This document shows, piece after piece, positions 1 through 11,758 of a stretch of DNA of 64,000 bases (positions are counted from its first letter, which is position 1; each line of letters starts with the position of its first letter). The DNA comes from Acidimicrobiia bacterium (lineage in GTDB: Bacteria; Actinomycetota; Acidimicrobiia; Spongiisociales; ZC4RG35), in NCBI GenBank assembly GCA_028284765.1, contig JANQRA010000003.1, forward strand, positions 144,500-208,499, given 5' to 3'. Made by a program: the position numbers and the translations under genes. The notes beneath the pieces are model-generated. The model made no database searches, was not told the DNA's origin, and saw only the letters and a program-made list of their open reading frames with translations.

Positions 1-39
1 GCGGAGTCGAACAAGGCCTTCGCCCATTACCGGTGGTGA
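1..39 (+). CDS. rpsG: 30S ribosomal protein S7, 3' end (partial)
   Basis: Frame 1 reads AESNKAFAHYRW*, the conserved S7 C-terminus, directly upstream of fusA. Confidence 0.95.
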   Translation, partial: AESNKAFAHYRW

Positions 40-99
40 GTCTCGCTGAAGCGAGCTAACGCTCGCGAGCGAGACTTTCGAGTTGCTCCGCAACTCGGA
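39..99 (+). other. Two adjacent stem-loops in the rpsG-fusA spacer
   Basis: AGTCTCGCT(39-47)/AGCGAGACT(68-76) enclosing GCGAGC-TAAC-GCTCGC, then TTCGAGTTGC-TCC-GCAACTCGGA (77-99). Confidence 0.6.
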
Positions 100-224
100 G
101 GCACCAACCGACAGATTTACAAACGAACGGTTCCCGTAGGCGGGCCCTCAAAAAACTCCCGGGCCCGAACCACAGGACGAGAACAGTTCAGAACTGAATA
201 ACGAGCCGGAGTAATAGAAAGAAA

Positions 225-2336
225 ATGAGCAACGACAACGCGCTGCATCACCTACGCGAGGTGCCCCTCAGCCGTACCCGAAACATCGGGATCATGGCCC
301 ATATCGACGCGGGCAAAACCACCCTCACCGAGCGAATCCTCTATTACACCGGCCGTAACTACAAGATCGGTGAGGTCCACGAAGGCGCCGCCACGATGGA
401 CTGGATGGAGCAGGAGCAGGAGCGTGGAATCACCATCACCTCTGCTGCCACCACTTGTATCTGGCACGAGCACGTCATCAACATCATCGACACCCCTGGT
501 CACGTTGACTTCACAGTTGAAGTCGAGCGTGCCCTTCGCATTCTCGACGGTGCAGTCGCCGTCTTCGACGGTGTCGCCGGTGTGGAGCCTCAGTCAGAGA
601 CCGTCTGGCGTCAGGCCGACCGCTACGGCGTTCCCCGAATCTGCTTCATCAACAAGCTCGACAGGACCGGAGCCGATTTCTACTTCGACGTCCAGTCGAT
701 CATCGATCGTCTTGGCGCAAAGCCTCTCGTCATGCAGCTCCCGATCGGCGCCGAAGCGGACTTCGCCGGTGTCATCGATCTGGTCGAGATGCGTGCCCAC
801 ACCTGGAAGGGTGACGACGGCAAGCAGTGGGAAACCGGTGACATTCCTGCCGATCTGGCAGACAAGGCCGCCGAGTATCGCGAGCAGTTGGTCGAGACAG
901 TCGCCGAGACGTCAGAGGAGCTTCTCGAGGCGTATCTCGAGAATGGCGATCTGACAGCCAAGGAGATTCAGGCTGGCGTGCGAGCCGGGACAATCGCTGG
1001 CGAGTTCACCCCCGTCTTCTGCGGTAGCGCATTCAAGAACAAGGGCGTGCAGCTTCTTCTCGACGCGATCGTCGCTTATCTGCCCAGTCCCGATGACCTA
1101 CCAATGACCAAGGGCTTCAAGCCGGGAGACGAAGAAGTCATCCTCGAGCGTAAGAACGACGACTCCGACCCGTTCTCAGCTCTTGCTTTCAAGATCATGT
1201 CCGATCCACACGTCGGAAAGCTCACCTACTTCAGGGTGTATTCAGGTCACCTGGCAAAGGGTGACACTGTTCTCAACACCACAACGGGCAAGAAAGAGCG
1301 CATCGGTCGTCTGCTTCGCATGCACGCCAACCACCGTGAAGACGTCGATGACATCTTCGCCGGCGACATCGTTGCCGGGATCGGATTCAAGAACACCACC
1401 ACTGGAGACACATTGGCGGCGGTCGACTCACCGATCCAACTCGAGTCGATGGAATTCCCCGCACCTGTCATCTCCGTCGCAATTGAGCCCAAGACCAAGT
1501 CGGACGAAGAGAAGCTCTCTTCGTCCTTGCACCGTCTCTCGGAGGAGGACCCCACGTTCCTGGTCCGTTCCGATGAAGAGACCGGTCAGACGATCATCTC
1601 GGGCATGGGCGAGCTCCACCTGGAGATCCTCGTCGATCGTCTACTCCGCGAGTTCAAGGTCGATGCCACGGTCGGCAAGCCACAGGTCGCATATCGCGAG
1701 ACCATCCGCAGGGGCATTGAGAAGGTCCAGTACAAGCATGTCAAGCAGTCCGGTGGTAAAGGTCAGTACGCCGACGTGGTGATCCACCTCGAGCCCACCG
1801 GCCCTGGCGGCGGTTACGAGTTCATCGACCAAATCAAAGGTGGCTCCGTCCCCCGTGAATACATCCCGTCAGTGGACGCCGGTATTGAAGAGGCCTTGGA
1901 CCAGGGCATCCTCGCCGGTTACCCACTCGTGGATGTCCGTGCGGTCCTCATCGATGGTTCTTCCCACGATGTCGACTCATCGGAGATGGCTTTCAAGATC
2001 GCCGGATCGATGGTGCTTCAGGAGGCCGCTCGCAAAGCGGGCGTGAAGCTCCTCGAGCCGGTAATGGACGTCGAGGTGACGACACCTGAGGAGTACATGG
2101 GTGATGTCATCGGCGACCTGAACTCTCGCCGGGGCAAAGTCGAGGGAATGACCCAACGTGGCAACAGCCAGGTCATCAAGGCCCAGGTGCCCATGTCGGA
2201 GATGTTCGGGTACGCCACCGACCTGCGGTCGAAGACGCAGGGACGTGCCACCTACTCAATGCAATTCAATTCATATCAGGACGTTCCTGATTCGATCGCC
2301 GAGGAAATCGTGGCGCACCGTCGCGGCGAGGCGTAA
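225..2336 (+). CDS. fusA: Elongation factor G
   Basis: [35 protein letters not shown] motifs; str operon position. Confidence 0.99.
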   Translation: MSNDNALHHLREVPLSRTRNIGIMAHIDAGKTTLTERILYYTGRNYKIGEVHEGAATMDWMEQEQERGITITSAATTCIWHEHVINIIDTPGHVDFTVEVERALRILDGAVAVFDGVAGVEPQSETVWRQADRYGVPRICFINKLDRTGADFYFDVQSIIDRLGAKPLVMQLPIGAEADFAGVIDLVEMRAHTWKGDDGKQWETGDIPADLADKAAEYREQLVETVAETSEELLEAYLENGDLTAKEIQAGVRAGTIAGEFTPVFCGSAFKNKGVQLLLDAIVAYLPSPDDLPMTKGFKPGDEEVILERKNDDSDPFSALAFKIMSDPHVGKLTYFRVYSGHLAKGDTVLNTTTGKKERIGRLLRMHANHREDVDDIFAGDIVAGIGFKNTTTGDTLAAVDSPIQLESMEFPAPVISVAIEPKTKSDEEKLSSSLHRLSEEDPTFLVRSDEETGQTIISGMGELHLEILVDRLLREFKVDATVGKPQVAYRETIRRGIEKVQYKHVKQSGGKGQYADVVIHLEPTGPGGGYEFIDQIKGGSVPREYIPSVDAGIEEALDQGILAGYPLVDVRAVLIDGSSHDVDSSEMAFKIAGSMVLQEAARKAGVKLLEPVMDVEVTTPEEYMGDVIGDLNSRRGKVEGMTQRGNSQVIKAQVPMSEMFGYATDLRSKTQGRATYSMQFNSYQDVPDSIAEEIVAHRRGEA

Positions 2337-2356
2337 GGACAACTAGGAGAAAGACA

Positions 2357-3547
2357 ATGGCCAAAGAGAAGTTCGAGCGCACCAAGCCCCACATCAACGT
2401 CGGAACCATGGGCCACATCGACCATGGCAAGACGACGCTGACCGCTGCGATCACCAAGACGCTCGCCGAGCGGGTTGGTGGGACCAACCAGTTCACCGAG
2501 TTCGAGAACATCGACAAAGCACCGGAAGAGCGCGACCGCGGAATCACGATCTCGATTTCGCACGTGGAGTACGAGACGGAGAACCGTCACTACGCACACG
2601 TCGATATGCCAGGCCACGCTGACTACATCAAGAACATGATCACCGGCGCGGCGCAGGTGGACGGTGCGATCCTCGTCGTGTCCGCAGCTGACGGCCCGAT
2701 GCCGCAGACCCGTGAGCACGTTCTCCTCGCCCGTCAGGTCGGCGTCCCCTCGATCGTTGTGTTCCTCAACAAGGTCGACATGGTCGACGACGAGGAACTC
2801 CTCGATCTCGTCGAGCTCGAGGTTCGTGACCTCCTCACCGAGTACGAGTTCCCCGGCGACGACGCCCCGGTTGTTCGTGGCTCGGCCCTCAAGGCAATGG
2901 AAGGCGATGAGAGCGCCGGCGATCAGATCCTGGAGCTGATGGAGGCTGTTGACACCTACATCCCCGATCCCGAGCGTGACAATGAGAAGCCGTTCCTGAT
3001 GTCGATCGAGGACGTGTTCTCGATCACTGGACGTGGAACCGTGGTCACCGGTCGTATCGAGCAAGGTGTCCTCAACGTCAACGAAGAGGTTGAGATCGTC
3101 GGTATCCGGGACACGCAGAAGACTGTCGCCACCGGCATCGAGATGTTCCGCAAGCTGTTGGACCAGGGTCAGGCTGGCGACAACGTCGGTGTCCTGCTCC
3201 GTGGAATCGGCAAAGATGACGTGGAGCGTGGTCAGGTTCTGGCCAAGCCCGGATCGATCACTCCGCACACCGACTTCGAAGCTCAGGTTTACGTCCTGAC
3301 CAAGGAAGAGGGCGGACGTCACAACCCGTTCTTCCCCGGCTATCGCCCCCAGTTCTACTTCCGCACAACCGACGTCACCGGTTCGGTCAACTTGCCCGAA
3401 GGCACCCAGATGGTGATGCCTGGTGACAACACGGAGATGACGGTCGAGCTGATCGCTCCGATCGCCATGGACGAGGGACTCCGGTTCGCTATCCGTGAGG
3501 GTGGCCGGACCGTCGGAGCCGGACGAGTAGTGAAGATCACCAAGTAA
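2357..3547 (+). CDS. tuf: Elongation factor Tu
   Basis: [38 protein letters not shown] Shine-Dalgarno. Confidence 0.99.
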   Translation: MAKEKFERTKPHINVGTMGHIDHGKTTLTAAITKTLAERVGGTNQFTEFENIDKAPEERDRGITISISHVEYETENRHYAHVDMPGHADYIKNMITGAAQVDGAILVVSAADGPMPQTREHVLLARQVGVPSIVVFLNKVDMVDDEELLDLVELEVRDLLTEYEFPGDDAPVVRGSALKAMEGDESAGDQILELMEAVDTYIPDPERDNEKPFLMSIEDVFSITGRGTVVTGRIEQGVLNVNEEVEIVGIRDTQKTVATGIEMFRKLLDQGQAGDNVGVLLRGIGKDDVERGQVLAKPGSITPHTDFEAQVYVLTKEEGGRHNPFFPGYRPQFYFRTTDVTGSVNLPEGTQMVMPGDNTEMTVELIAPIAMDEGLRFAIREGGRTVGAGRVVKITK

Positions 3548-3855
3548 TGGCAGACCAGAAGATCAGGATCCGCTTGAAGGCTTACGACCACAACGTGGTC
3601 GACGAGTCCTCAAAGAAGATCACAGAGACGGTGCTCCGCACCGAGGCCAAGATCAAGGGCCCGGTGCCGCTCCCAACGGAGATTCACCGCTACTGCGTGA
3701 TTCGCGGTCCGCACGTGCACAAGACAGGCCGTGAGCACTTCGAGATGCGGATACACAAGCGTCTCATCGACATCCTCGAGCCGACCCCGAAGACGGTCGA
3801 CTCGCTGATGCGTCTCGAGTTGCCGGCTGGTGTCGAAGTCGAGATCAAGCTCTAA
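3547..3855 (+). CDS. rpsJ: 30S ribosomal protein S10
   Basis: [25 protein letters not shown]. Confidence 0.98.
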   Translation: MADQKIRIRLKAYDHNVVDESSKKITETVLRTEAKIKGPVPLPTEIHRYCVIRGPHVHKTGREHFEMRIHKRLIDILEPTPKTVDSLMRLELPAGVEVEIKL

Positions 3856-3862
3856 GGGATCG

Positions 3863-4504
3863 ATGATGAAAGCAATTCTCGGACAGAAACTGGGTATGAC
3901 CCAGATCTTTGACGAAGAGGCCCGGGCCATCCCGGTGACCGTCGTCAAGGCTGGGCCTGTTCAGGTCGTCCAAATCAAGACGATGGAGCGCGACGGTTAC
4001 AACGCCGTCCAGATCTCCTATGGATCGGCCAAGCCGAAGAACGTCAATCAGCCGACCTCCGGCCACTACGCCAAGGCTGGTGTCGCTCCTGGCAGCCATC
4101 TCATCGAGGTCAAGGTCGAAGACCCCTCAGAGTTCAAGGTTGGTCAGGAGATCAAAGTCGAAGAGATGTTCGAGGCCGGCGCCAAGGCCGACGTCAGCGG
4201 TGTTTCCAAAGGTAAGGGTTTCGCCGGGGTGATGAAGCGTCACAACTTCGCCGGTCAGAACGCCAGTCACGGAAACCACAAGAAGCACCGTGCTCCAGGC
4301 TCGATTGGCGCTTGCGCCACTCCGGCCCGTGTTTTCAAGGGCATGAAGATGGCCGGTCGGATGGGTGGCGAGAAAGTCACCACGTTGAATCTCGAGATCG
4401 CCGGTGTCGATGCCGAGCGCGGACTACTGCTCCTCAACGGGTCAGTTCCCGGTCCCAAAGGCTCCGTCGTACTCGTCAGAGAGGCGGTGAAGGCTCGTGG
4501 CTGA
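3863..4504 (+). CDS. rplC: 50S ribosomal protein L3
   Basis: [34 protein letters not shown]; start trimmed to ATG 3863 (3866 also possible). Confidence 0.97.
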   Translation: MMKAILGQKLGMTQIFDEEARAIPVTVVKAGPVQVVQIKTMERDGYNAVQISYGSAKPKNVNQPTSGHYAKAGVAPGSHLIEVKVEDPSEFKVGQEIKVEEMFEAGAKADVSGVSKGKGFAGVMKRHNFAGQNASHGNHKKHRAPGSIGACATPARVFKGMKMAGRMGGEKVTTLNLEIAGVDAERGLLLLNGSVPGPKGSVVLVREAVKARG

Positions 4505-5231
4505 TCTCAAAGCTCCGCTCTTCAAGGCAGATGGAAAGGCCAGCGGCGACGTCAAGCTCGACGCCGAGGTCTTTGGCATCGAGCCCAACATGGACGTTCT
4601 GCACCAGGTCGTCACAGCACAGCTGGCAGCTGCCCGCGCCGGGACCGCCAAGACCAAGACCAGGTCTGAGGTCCGCGGTGGTGGTCGCAAGCCCTGGCGC
4701 CAGAAAGGTCTGGGCCGTGCTCGTCACGGATCGATCCGTTCCCCGATCTGGGTCGGTGGTGGAGTCGCTCATGGACCCCAGCCCCGCGACTACAGCCAGC
4801 GGACACCCAAGAAGATGAAGCGTCTAGCCCTCCATTCGGCTCTTTCGGCCCGTGCTTCAGAAGAGGCGGTCAAGGTCGTCGATGAGTTCGACTGGTCGGC
4901 TCCCAAGACGAAACAGGCCGTAGGTCTGCTCGCAGCGATGGACTCACCCGGAAAGACTGTTGTGGTGCTCAGCGCCCTCGATGGCGCGGCCGCAAAGTCG
5001 TTCCGGAACCTTCCGGACGTGCGTCTGGTCGAACCCGGCCACCTCACGGCATACGACGTCCTCTGGTCAGACCAAATCGTTTTCACTTCCCACACCGTGG
5101 GTTCGGTTGGACGAGCGAGCTCCTATGAAGTCAGCGAGTCCGACTTCGTCAAAGACGACGCCTCCGCCGATGGCGGAGGTAACGACTTCGACTCCGTCGA
5201 AGATCGTGCAGACGGAGGAGAGGAAGAATGA
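4497..5231 (+). CDS. rplD: 50S ribosomal protein L4 with acidic C-terminal tail
   Basis: [31 protein letters not shown]. Confidence 0.97.
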   Translation: MADLKAPLFKADGKASGDVKLDAEVFGIEPNMDVLHQVVTAQLAAARAGTAKTKTRSEVRGGGRKPWRQKGLGRARHGSIRSPIWVGGGVAHGPQPRDYSQRTPKKMKRLALHSALSARASEEAVKVVDEFDWSAPKTKQAVGLLAAMDSPGKTVVVLSALDGAAAKSFRNLPDVRLVEPGHLTAYDVLWSDQIVFTSHTVGSVGRASSYEVSESDFVKDDASADGGGNDFDSVEDRADGGEEE

Positions 5232-5515
5232 AAACTTCCTACGACATCATCCTCGCTCCGGTTGTCTCGGAGAAGTCCTACGACCTGATCGAGGAGCAAA
5301 ACACATACACCTTCGAAGTTGACCCCCGCTCCAACAAAGAGGAGATCAGGGATGCCGTCGAAGAAGTCTTCGGCGTCAGCGTCGTCAGGGTGAACACCAT
5401 GAACCGCAAGGGAAAGGTCAAGCGCACCGGCTACAAGCTCGGTAAGCGCAAGGACGTCAAGCGCGCCGTGGTCACTCTCGTCGAAGGCGATTCGATCGAT
5501 CTGTTCGGAGTCTGA
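5228..5515 (+). CDS. rplW: 50S ribosomal protein L23
   Basis: [22 protein letters not shown]; operon order. Confidence 0.96.
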   Translation: MKTSYDIILAPVVSEKSYDLIEEQNTYTFEVDPRSNKEEIRDAVEEVFGVSVVRVNTMNRKGKVKRTGYKLGKRKDVKRAVVTLVEGDSIDLFGV

Positions 5516-5516
5516 G

Positions 5517-6350
5517 ATGGCAGTCAAGAAACGCAAACCAACTTCACCGGGACGACGATTCCAGACGGTCTCGGATTTCGCCGAGATCACGGATTCGAAG
5601 CCCGAAAAGTCGCTGATCGCCAAGAAAGGCAAGACCGGTGGTCGGAACACCTATGGCCGTGTGACATCGCGCCACCGTGGAGGTGGGCACAAGCAGCGCT
5701 ATCGCGTCATCGACTTCAAGCGTGACAAGGACGGGATCCCCGCCCGAGTCGCTTCGATTCAGTACGACCCCAACCGAAACGCACGGATCGCACTTCTCAA
5801 CTATGTCGATGGTGAGAAGCGCTACATCATTGCTCCACTCGGTGTGAAGGTCGACGATCGTCTCGAGTCCGGCTCGAGCGCCGACATTCGTCCGGGCAAC
5901 GCACTACCTCTTCGCAACATCCCTTCGGGAACGATGGTCCATGCCATCGAGATGCGTCCTGGTGGCGGGGCCAAGATGGCCCGTTCCGCCGGCGCTGCGG
6001 TTCAGCTGATGACCAAGGAAGGCGACCTTGCCCTCCTTCGTCTCCCCTCAGGTGAGATGCGTCAGGTGCCACTCGACTGCAAGGCCACGGTTGGTCAGGT
6101 TGGGAACACCGAAGCCGAGCTCATCAAGCTGGGCAAGGCCGGCCGGAACCGCTGGAAGGGTGTCAGACCTCAAACAAGAGGCGTTGCGATGAACCCGGTC
6201 GACCACCCGCTCGGTGGTGGTGAAGGCAAGTCCTCCGGTGGACGTCACCCGGTGAGCCCTTGGGGCAAGCCCGAGGCCCGTACCCGGTCGAAAAAGAAGG
6301 CTTCCAACAAGTACATCGTCAGACGTCGATCCAAGAAAGGCAGGCGCTAG
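5517..6350 (+). CDS. rplB: 50S ribosomal protein L2
   Basis: [36 protein letters not shown]. Confidence 0.99.
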   Translation: MAVKKRKPTSPGRRFQTVSDFAEITDSKPEKSLIAKKGKTGGRNTYGRVTSRHRGGGHKQRYRVIDFKRDKDGIPARVASIQYDPNRNARIALLNYVDGEKRYIIAPLGVKVDDRLESGSSADIRPGNALPLRNIPSGTMVHAIEMRPGGGAKMARSAGAAVQLMTKEGDLALLRLPSGEMRQVPLDCKATVGQVGNTEAELIKLGKAGRNRWKGVRPQTRGVAMNPVDHPLGGGEGKSSGGRHPVSPWGKPEARTRSKKKASNKYIVRRRSKKGRR

Positions 6351-6626
6351 ATGAGTCGGTCATTGAAGAAGGGCCCCTTTGTCGACGAGCACCTCGCCAA
6401 CAAGGTCGACGCGCTCAACGACTCGGGCCAGAAGCGTGTGATCAGGACCTGGTCACGCCGCTCAACGATTATCCCGGAGATGATCGGTCACACGATCGCG
6501 GTGCACGACGGTCGCAAGCATGTGCCTGTCTACATCACCGAGTCGATGGTCGGCCACAAGCTGGGTGAGTTCGCTCCCACCCGGACCTTCCGTGGCCATG
6601 CCGAGAAGGCGGCAACCCGCACATGA
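6351..6626 (+). CDS. rpsS: 30S ribosomal protein S19
   Basis: [29 protein letters not shown]. Confidence 0.98.
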   Translation: MSRSLKKGPFVDEHLANKVDALNDSGQKRVIRTWSRRSTIIPEMIGHTIAVHDGRKHVPVYITESMVGHKLGEFAPTRTFRGHAEKAATRT

Positions 6627-6979
6627 AAGTCAAGGCTCACTCCCGCTACATCCGGCAGTCGCCATACAAGGTGCGCCGTGTTCTCGACCTCATCCGGGGT
6701 CTCCCGGTCGAGGAGGCTGAGTACGTCCTACGACTGACCAACCGTGCAGCGGCCACACCGATCAAGAAGACGATGATGTCTGCCGTCGCCAACGCCGAAC
6801 ACAACCACGCTCTGGACGCTGAAGACTTGATCGTCGCTGAGGCGTATGCGGACGAGGGACCGACCCTTCGTCGTTTCAAGCCGCGGGCCCGAGGTCGTGC
6901 GACCCGCATCGACAAGAGAACAAGCCATATAACGATTGTCGTAGCTGACATGTCCGAAATGACTGAGGAGGTGAACTGA
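6623..6979 (+). CDS. rplV: 50S ribosomal protein L22
   Basis: [32 protein letters not shown]. Confidence 0.97.
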   Translation: MKVKAHSRYIRQSPYKVRRVLDLIRGLPVEEAEYVLRLTNRAAATPIKKTMMSAVANAEHNHALDAEDLIVAEAYADEGPTLRRFKPRARGRATRIDKRTSHITIVVADMSEMTEEVN

Positions 6980-8046
6980 TGGGTCAGAAGACACACCCCT
7001 ACTCATTCCGGCTGGGCGTCGCTACCGACTGGAAGTCCAAGTGGTTTTCGACGAAGGACTACGTCGAGTTCGTAAATGAAGATTTCAAGATCCGCGACTA
7101 CCTGCGCGGCGAACTTCAGCGTGGGGCCGTCTCGCGTATCGATATCGAGCGCACCCGCGATCGTCTCATCGTCGACATCCACACGGCCCGTCCCGGCGTC
7201 GTCATCGGCCGCAAGGGTTCAGAGGCCGAGCGTCTCCGCAACGGTCTGGAAGAGATGACCGGCGGTCGGGTGAAGCTCAACATCAACGAGGTCAAAGACC
7301 CCGACCTCGATGCTGCGCTGCTCGCCAGAGGCATCGCTGATCAACTCGAGAACCGAATCGCCTTCCGTCGCGCCATGAAGCGTGCGGTCGCCTCTGCTCT
7401 CAAAGCAGGTGCCGAAGGCGTCCGTGTCGAGTGCAAGGGTCGACTCGGTGGCGCAGATATGGGTCGCCGTGAGTGGTATCGCGAAGGTCGTGTTCCGCTC
7501 CACACCCTCCGTGCCGACATCGACTTCGGCACAGCCACCGCAAGGACCACCGTTGGCGCCATTGGCGTCAAAGTCTGGGTCTATCGCGGTGATGTGATGG
7601 AGCGAGCCTCACTCTCAGGTGAACGTATCGCAGCCGAGGCCGATCTGGCCACAGGTGGTCCGGCAAGGCGGACTCAAAAGAGCCTGAAGTCCCGCGCCGA
7701 AGAGGCAGCGGGCGTAGAGACTTCCAAGCCACGTCTCATCGAAGCCGGGGGCGGCAAGCGCCCGGTCGAGGAGATCGGCAAGGAAACCGGCGGACGGAAA
7801 CTGATCGAGGCTGGCGGGGGACGTCGTCCCACAGCTGCCGAGGCTCAGGTCCAATACGAGTCCGCCCAGGAAGACGCCTCGGCCAAGGCCGAGGTTGCGG
7901 AAGCCGATGCGTCACCTGACGGTGACGCGCCAACTACTGACGAGACCGCAGCACAGGTTGCTGCCGAGTCGGACGTAGCGGCACCTTCCGCTGAAGCGGA
8001 AGTCGATGCAGTTGTTGACACAACTGCGAAAGAAGAAGAGGAGTAA
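6979..8046 (+). CDS. rpsC: 30S ribosomal protein S3 with long C-terminal extension
   Basis: [40 protein letters not shown]. Confidence 0.97.
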   Translation: MGQKTHPYSFRLGVATDWKSKWFSTKDYVEFVNEDFKIRDYLRGELQRGAVSRIDIERTRDRLIVDIHTARPGVVIGRKGSEAERLRNGLEEMTGGRVKLNINEVKDPDLDAALLARGIADQLENRIAFRRAMKRAVASALKAGAEGVRVECKGRLGGADMGRREWYREGRVPLHTLRADIDFGTATARTTVGAIGVKVWVYRGDVMERASLSGERIAAEADLATGGPARRTQKSLKSRAEEAAGVETSKPRLIEAGGGKRPVEEIGKETGGRKLIEAGGGRRPTAAEAQVQYESAQEDASAKAEVAEADASPDGDAPTTDETAAQVAAESDVAAPSAEAEVDAVVDTTAKEEEE

Positions 8047-8052
8047 CCGGTC

Positions 8053-8466
8053 ATGTTGATGCCCAAGAGAACGAAGCACCGCAAGGTGCATCGCGGGCGC
8101 ATGTCCGGCGTCGCCAAAGGCGGCACCACCGTGAACTTCGGTGAGTATGGACTTCAGGCTCTCGAGCCTGGCTGGATCACAGCCCGCCAGATCGAGTCAG
8201 CCCGTGTTGCCATCACCCGTGCGGTCAAGCGTGGAGGAAAAGTCTGGATCACGATCTTCCCGGACAAGCCTGTCACGCAGAAGCCGGCTGAGACCCGAAT
8301 GGGCTCCGGCAAGGGAAACCCCGAGTTCTGGGTGTCCGTGGTGAAGCCTGGACGTGTCATGTTCGAGCTTGCTGGTGTGGATGAGGAGCTGGCCCGTGAG
8401 GCTATGCGCAAGGCCGGCCACAAGCTTCCGATCAAGACCCGCATCGTGAGCAGGGAGGACGCATGA
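8053..8466 (+). CDS. rplP: 50S ribosomal protein L16
   Basis: [25 protein letters not shown]. Confidence 0.98.
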   Translation: MLMPKRTKHRKVHRGRMSGVAKGGTTVNFGEYGLQALEPGWITARQIESARVAITRAVKRGGKVWITIFPDKPVTQKPAETRMGSGKGNPEFWVSVVKPGRVMFELAGVDEELAREAMRKAGHKLPIKTRIVSREDA

Positions 8467-8672
8467 GCGTCGCCGAACTCAGAGAGCTCACCAATGAGGA
8501 GCTGAACGAAGCGCTCATGGAGGCCAAAGAGGAGAAGTTCAATCTCCGCTTCCAGGTGGCGACAAACCAGCTCGACAACACAGCCCGTCTCACGACGGTG
8601 AAGAAAGAGATCGCTCAGATCCTCACGATTCTGAAGGAACGTGAGAACGCAGAGGAGACATCTGATGTCTGA
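8463..8672 (+). CDS. rpmC: 50S ribosomal protein L29
   Basis: ELREL, FNLRFQ, IAQILT; position after rplP. Confidence 0.95.
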   Translation: MSVAELRELTNEELNEALMEAKEEKFNLRFQVATNQLDNTARLTTVKKEIAQILTILKERENAEETSDV

Positions 8673-8922
8673 TAGGAACAGCCGCAAGGTCCGTGTCGGC
8701 GTCGTCATCTCCGATGCCCGTGACAAGACGGTGACTGTTGAGGTCGCCAACTCGTCCCGGCACCCGCGTTACGACAAAATCGTCCGGACCTCCAAGAAAT
8801 ATCACGCCCATGACGAGGCCAACGACGCCAACATGGGAGACACGGTCCGCATCATGGAGACCCGTCCCATCTCGAAACAGAAGAGGTGGCGCGTGGTCGA
8901 AGTCGTGGAGCGTGCTCGATGA
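8665..8922 (+). CDS. rpsQ: 30S ribosomal protein S17
   Basis: [34 protein letters not shown] 8665 after GAGGAG. Confidence 0.96.
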   Translation: MSDRNSRKVRVGVVISDARDKTVTVEVANSSRHPRYDKIVRTSKKYHAHDEANDANMGDTVRIMETRPISKQKRWRVVEVVERAR

Positions 8923-9287
8923 TCCAGCAGGAGTCCCGTCTCAAAGTGGCGGACAACACCGGCGCGCGTGAGGTGCTTTGCATCCGCGTGCTCGGTGGCT
9001 CGTCCCGTCGCTATGCAGGCGTGGGTGATGTCATCGTCGGGTCTGTCAAGGAGGCGACTCCTGGCGGCTCGGTGAAGAAAGGCGAAGTGGTCCGTGCCGT
9101 TGTAGTGCGTACCAAGAAGGAATCCCGTCGTCAGGACGGCACCTACATTCGCTTCGACGACAACGCCTGCGTGATCATTGACACCAACCGCCAGCCACGC
9201 GGGACCCGCATCTTCGGTCCTGTGGCACGAGAGCTGCGCGACGAGCGCTTCATGCGCATCGTCTCGCTCGCACCGGAGGTGCTCTGA
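8919..9287 (+). CDS. rplN: 50S ribosomal protein L14
   Basis: [35 protein letters not shown]. Confidence 0.98.
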   Translation: MIQQESRLKVADNTGAREVLCIRVLGGSSRRYAGVGDVIVGSVKEATPGGSVKKGEVVRAVVVRTKKESRRQDGTYIRFDDNACVIIDTNRQPRGTRIFGPVARELRDERFMRIVSLAPEVL

Positions 9288-9592
9288 TGAAACTCAAGAA
9301 GGGTGACACTGTGATGGTCATTGCCGGCAAAGACGCCGGCAGAGAGTCGACCATCTCGCGTGTTCTTCCCGCCAAGAACAAAGTACAAGTCGAAGGTGTC
9401 AATACCGCCAAGCGTCACACCAAGCCAACCGGTGCGACCATGCAGGGAGGCATCATCGACAAGGACATGCCGATCGATGCTTCGAACGTCATGATCGTCT
9501 GTAAGGACTGTGGGCCGACTCGAATCGGATACCGCTTCGATGATGACGGCAACAAGCACCGGCGCTGTGTGAAGTGTGGGACTGACCTATGA
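9287..9592 (+). CDS. rplX: 50S ribosomal protein L24
   Basis: [16 protein letters not shown] motif; CKDC and CVKC near the C-terminus. Confidence 0.96.
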   Translation: MKLKKGDTVMVIAGKDAGRESTISRVLPAKNKVQVEGVNTAKRHTKPTGATMQGGIIDKDMPIDASNVMIVCKDCGPTRIGYRFDDDGNKHRRCVKCGTDL

Positions 9593-10152
9593 GCGATCAA
9601 CCACGTCTCAAGACGCAGTACGAGAACGAGATCGCAGCCAAGCTGAAGGATCAGCTGGGCCTGGACAACGTGATGGAGGTTCCGACCTTCGAGAAGATCG
9701 TCGTCAACATGGGCCTTGGCGAGGCCATAGCCAACAAGAAGGCAGTTGAGGAGGCAAGCGAAGAGCTTGCCTTGATCACCGGCCAGAAGCCGAAGGTCAA
9801 TCGCGCTCGTAAGTCGATTGCGAACTTCAAGCTCCGTGAAGGCATGCCTATTGGCGTGTCGGTCACTTTGCGTGGTGCACGTATGTGGGAGTTCTTCGAC
9901 CGGCTCGTGTCTGTGGCGATTCCTCGCGTCCGCGACTTCCGTGGCCTCAACCCACGGGCGTTCGACGGTCATGGCAACTACAGCGTTGGTGCCTCCGAGC
10001 AGCTCATCTTTCCCGAGATCGATTTCGACTCGGTGACCGAGACTCGTGGCATGAACATCACGATCGTCACAACCGCCAACAACGACGAGGCAGGAAAGGC
10101 CCTCCTCGACGCGTTCGGGTTCCCCTTCCGCAAGGTCGGAGCCGAGGTTTAG
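9589..10152 (+). CDS. rplE: 50S ribosomal protein L5
   Basis: [37 protein letters not shown]. Confidence 0.98.
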   Translation: MSDQPRLKTQYENEIAAKLKDQLGLDNVMEVPTFEKIVVNMGLGEAIANKKAVEEASEELALITGQKPKVNRARKSIANFKLREGMPIGVSVTLRGARMWEFFDRLVSVAIPRVRDFRGLNPRAFDGHGNYSVGASEQLIFPEIDFDSVTETRGMNITIVTTANNDEAGKALLDAFGFPFRKVGAEV

Positions 10153-10160
10153 GAGGAGTT

Positions 10161-10466
10161 ATGGCCAAGAAATCAAAGATCGCAAAGAACAACAAGCGGA
10201 GGGCTCTGGTCGAGCGCTACGCAGATCGCCGTGCCGAACTGGTAGCCATCACGAAGGATCCCAACGCCTCGTTTGCTGACAAGCGTGCGGCATACCAGGA
10301 GATCGCCAAGATGCCGCGAGACGCCAGCGCAACGCGCGTGCGCAACCGCTGTGAGATAACCGGAAGGCCTCGGGCGTATCTGCGTCAGTTCGGGATGTCG
10401 AGGATTGCCGTGCGCGAGCTCGCCTCCAAAGGGGAGCTTCCGGGAGTCAGAAAGGCTTCATGGTGA
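10161..10466 (+). CDS. rpsN: 30S ribosomal protein S14, long zinc-free (C-) form
   Basis: AGGAGG SD then [10 protein letters not shown]...[11 protein letters not shown]...[11 protein letters not shown]; 101 aa with a single Cys. Confidence 0.96.
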   Translation: MAKKSKIAKNNKRRALVERYADRRAELVAITKDPNASFADKRAAYQEIAKMPRDASATRVRNRCEITGRPRAYLRQFGMSRIAVRELASKGELPGVRKASW

Positions 10467-10864
10467 CACTCGTTACAGATCCCATCGCCGACATGCTCAC
10501 CCGCATCCGCAATGCAGTTGCGGTGGGTCATGAGCGGGTTGCGATGCCGTCATCCAAAATGAAAGTCAATATCGCCCAGATCCTGGTTGATGAAGGATTC
10601 ATCGACCGGTTTGAAGTCGCCGAAGAGGGTCATCGTCGTGAGCTGGAGCTCGTGTTGCGTTATGCCGACCGTCGTCGCTCGGTCATAGAGGGCCTGCGGC
10701 GGATCTCCCGCCCCGGTCACCGCGTCTACCGCGGCGCCCAAGAGCTCCCTCGTGTCCAAGGTGGTCTCGGTGTGGCCGTCGTCTCCACGAGCCAGGGGCT
10801 CATGGCGGACCGAGAGGCTCGCAAGCGTCGTTTGGGTGGCGAGATCATCTGCGAGGTGTGGTGA
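10463..10864 (+). CDS. rpsH: 30S ribosomal protein S8
   Basis: [35 protein letters not shown] 10463 (ATG 10460 also possible). Confidence 0.97.
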   Translation: MTLVTDPIADMLTRIRNAVAVGHERVAMPSSKMKVNIAQILVDEGFIDRFEVAEEGHRRELELVLRYADRRRSVIEGLRRISRPGHRVYRGAQELPRVQGGLGVAVVSTSQGLMADREARKRRLGGEIICEVW

Positions 10865-11406
10865 TGAGCCGCATCGGTAAGAAGCCGATCGACGTGCCCA
10901 GCGGAGTCGACATCAAGATCGATGGTCAAGACGTGGTCGTGAAGGGCTCCAAAGGAGAGCTCAGCCGCACGTTCAACGAGCGGATCGGGTTCGAGATGGA
11001 AGATGGTGTTCTCACCCTCACCCGTCCTGACGATTCACGTGAGTCACGTGCTCTGCACGGTCTCAGCCGGGCCCTCCTCAACAACATGGTTGTTGGTGTG
11101 TCCGACGGATTCGTTAAGGAGCTCGAGATTCACGGCGTGGGTTACCGCGCCACCCTCAAAGGCAAGGACATCGAGCTTTTGGTCGGTTTCAGCCACCCCG
11201 TCAACGTCCAGGCCCCGGAGGGCATCACGTTCGAGGTACCCGAGCAGACCAAGATCGTCGTCTCGGGTATCGACAAGGAGTTGGTCGGCCAGGTTGCGGC
11301 CAACATCCGCAAGGTCCGTCCCCCCGAGCCCTACAAGGGCAAGGGCATCCGCTATGTGGGCGAATACGTCCGCCGCAAGGCCGGAAAGGCAGGTGCCACC
11401 GCATGA
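10864..11406 (+). CDS. rplF: 50S ribosomal protein L6
   Basis: [26 protein letters not shown]. Confidence 0.98.
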   Translation: MSRIGKKPIDVPSGVDIKIDGQDVVVKGSKGELSRTFNERIGFEMEDGVLTLTRPDDSRESRALHGLSRALLNNMVVGVSDGFVKELEIHGVGYRATLKGKDIELLVGFSHPVNVQAPEGITFEVPEQTKIVVSGIDKELVGQVAANIRKVRPPEPYKGKGIRYVGEYVRRKAGKAGATA

Positions 11407-11756
11407 GAGGTACCCGTTTGGACGCCCGTAGCCGGAGACACAACAGGGTTCGTAAGAGTGTGCGTGGCACACCGGAGCGCCCCCGTCTCGCGGTCTACAG
11501 GTCTAACAAGTACATCTACGCCCAGGTCATCGATGACCACGAGGGCCGAACCCTGGCAGCAGCGTCGTCACAGGAGTCAGACCTCCGTGGCGAAGGTCTC
11601 ACTTCCGAGACTGCAGCCAAGGTCGGGACACTCGTCGCCGATCGAGCGAAAGAAGCCGGAGTCAGCTCCGTCGTCTTCGACCGGGGTGGTTACAAGTATC
11701 ACGGAAGATTGAAGGCCCTCGCTGACGCCGCGCGAGAAGCCGGTTTGGAGTTTTAG
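11403..11756 (+). CDS. rplR: 50S ribosomal protein L18
   Basis: [28 protein letters not shown]. Confidence 0.98.
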   Translation: MRGTRLDARSRRHNRVRKSVRGTPERPRLAVYRSNKYIYAQVIDDHEGRTLAAASSQESDLRGEGLTSETAAKVGTLVADRAKEAGVSSVVFDRGGYKYHGRLKALADAAREAGLEF

Positions 11757-11758
11757 GA

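Noticed and set aside
2276..3322. Long antisense ORFs opposite tuf (also opposite rpoA 22804-23808, glmS 35029-36018 and the thymidylyltransferase 58159-59139)
   Set aside because: These are shadow ORFs expected from GC-rich codon bias opposite conserved genes, with no recognisable motifs.
6348..6353. In-frame stop-start abutments (rplB/rpsS TAG-ATG; also rpsI/glmM at 33280 and capD/wzc at 49121) as read-through fusions
   Set aside because: Each partner is a complete conventional protein and no recoding signal is visible; tight translational coupling explains it.
9885..10160. N-terminal extension of S14 in the ORF track (193 aa)
   Set aside because: It overlaps rplE; a strong SD and the conserved start lie at 10161.
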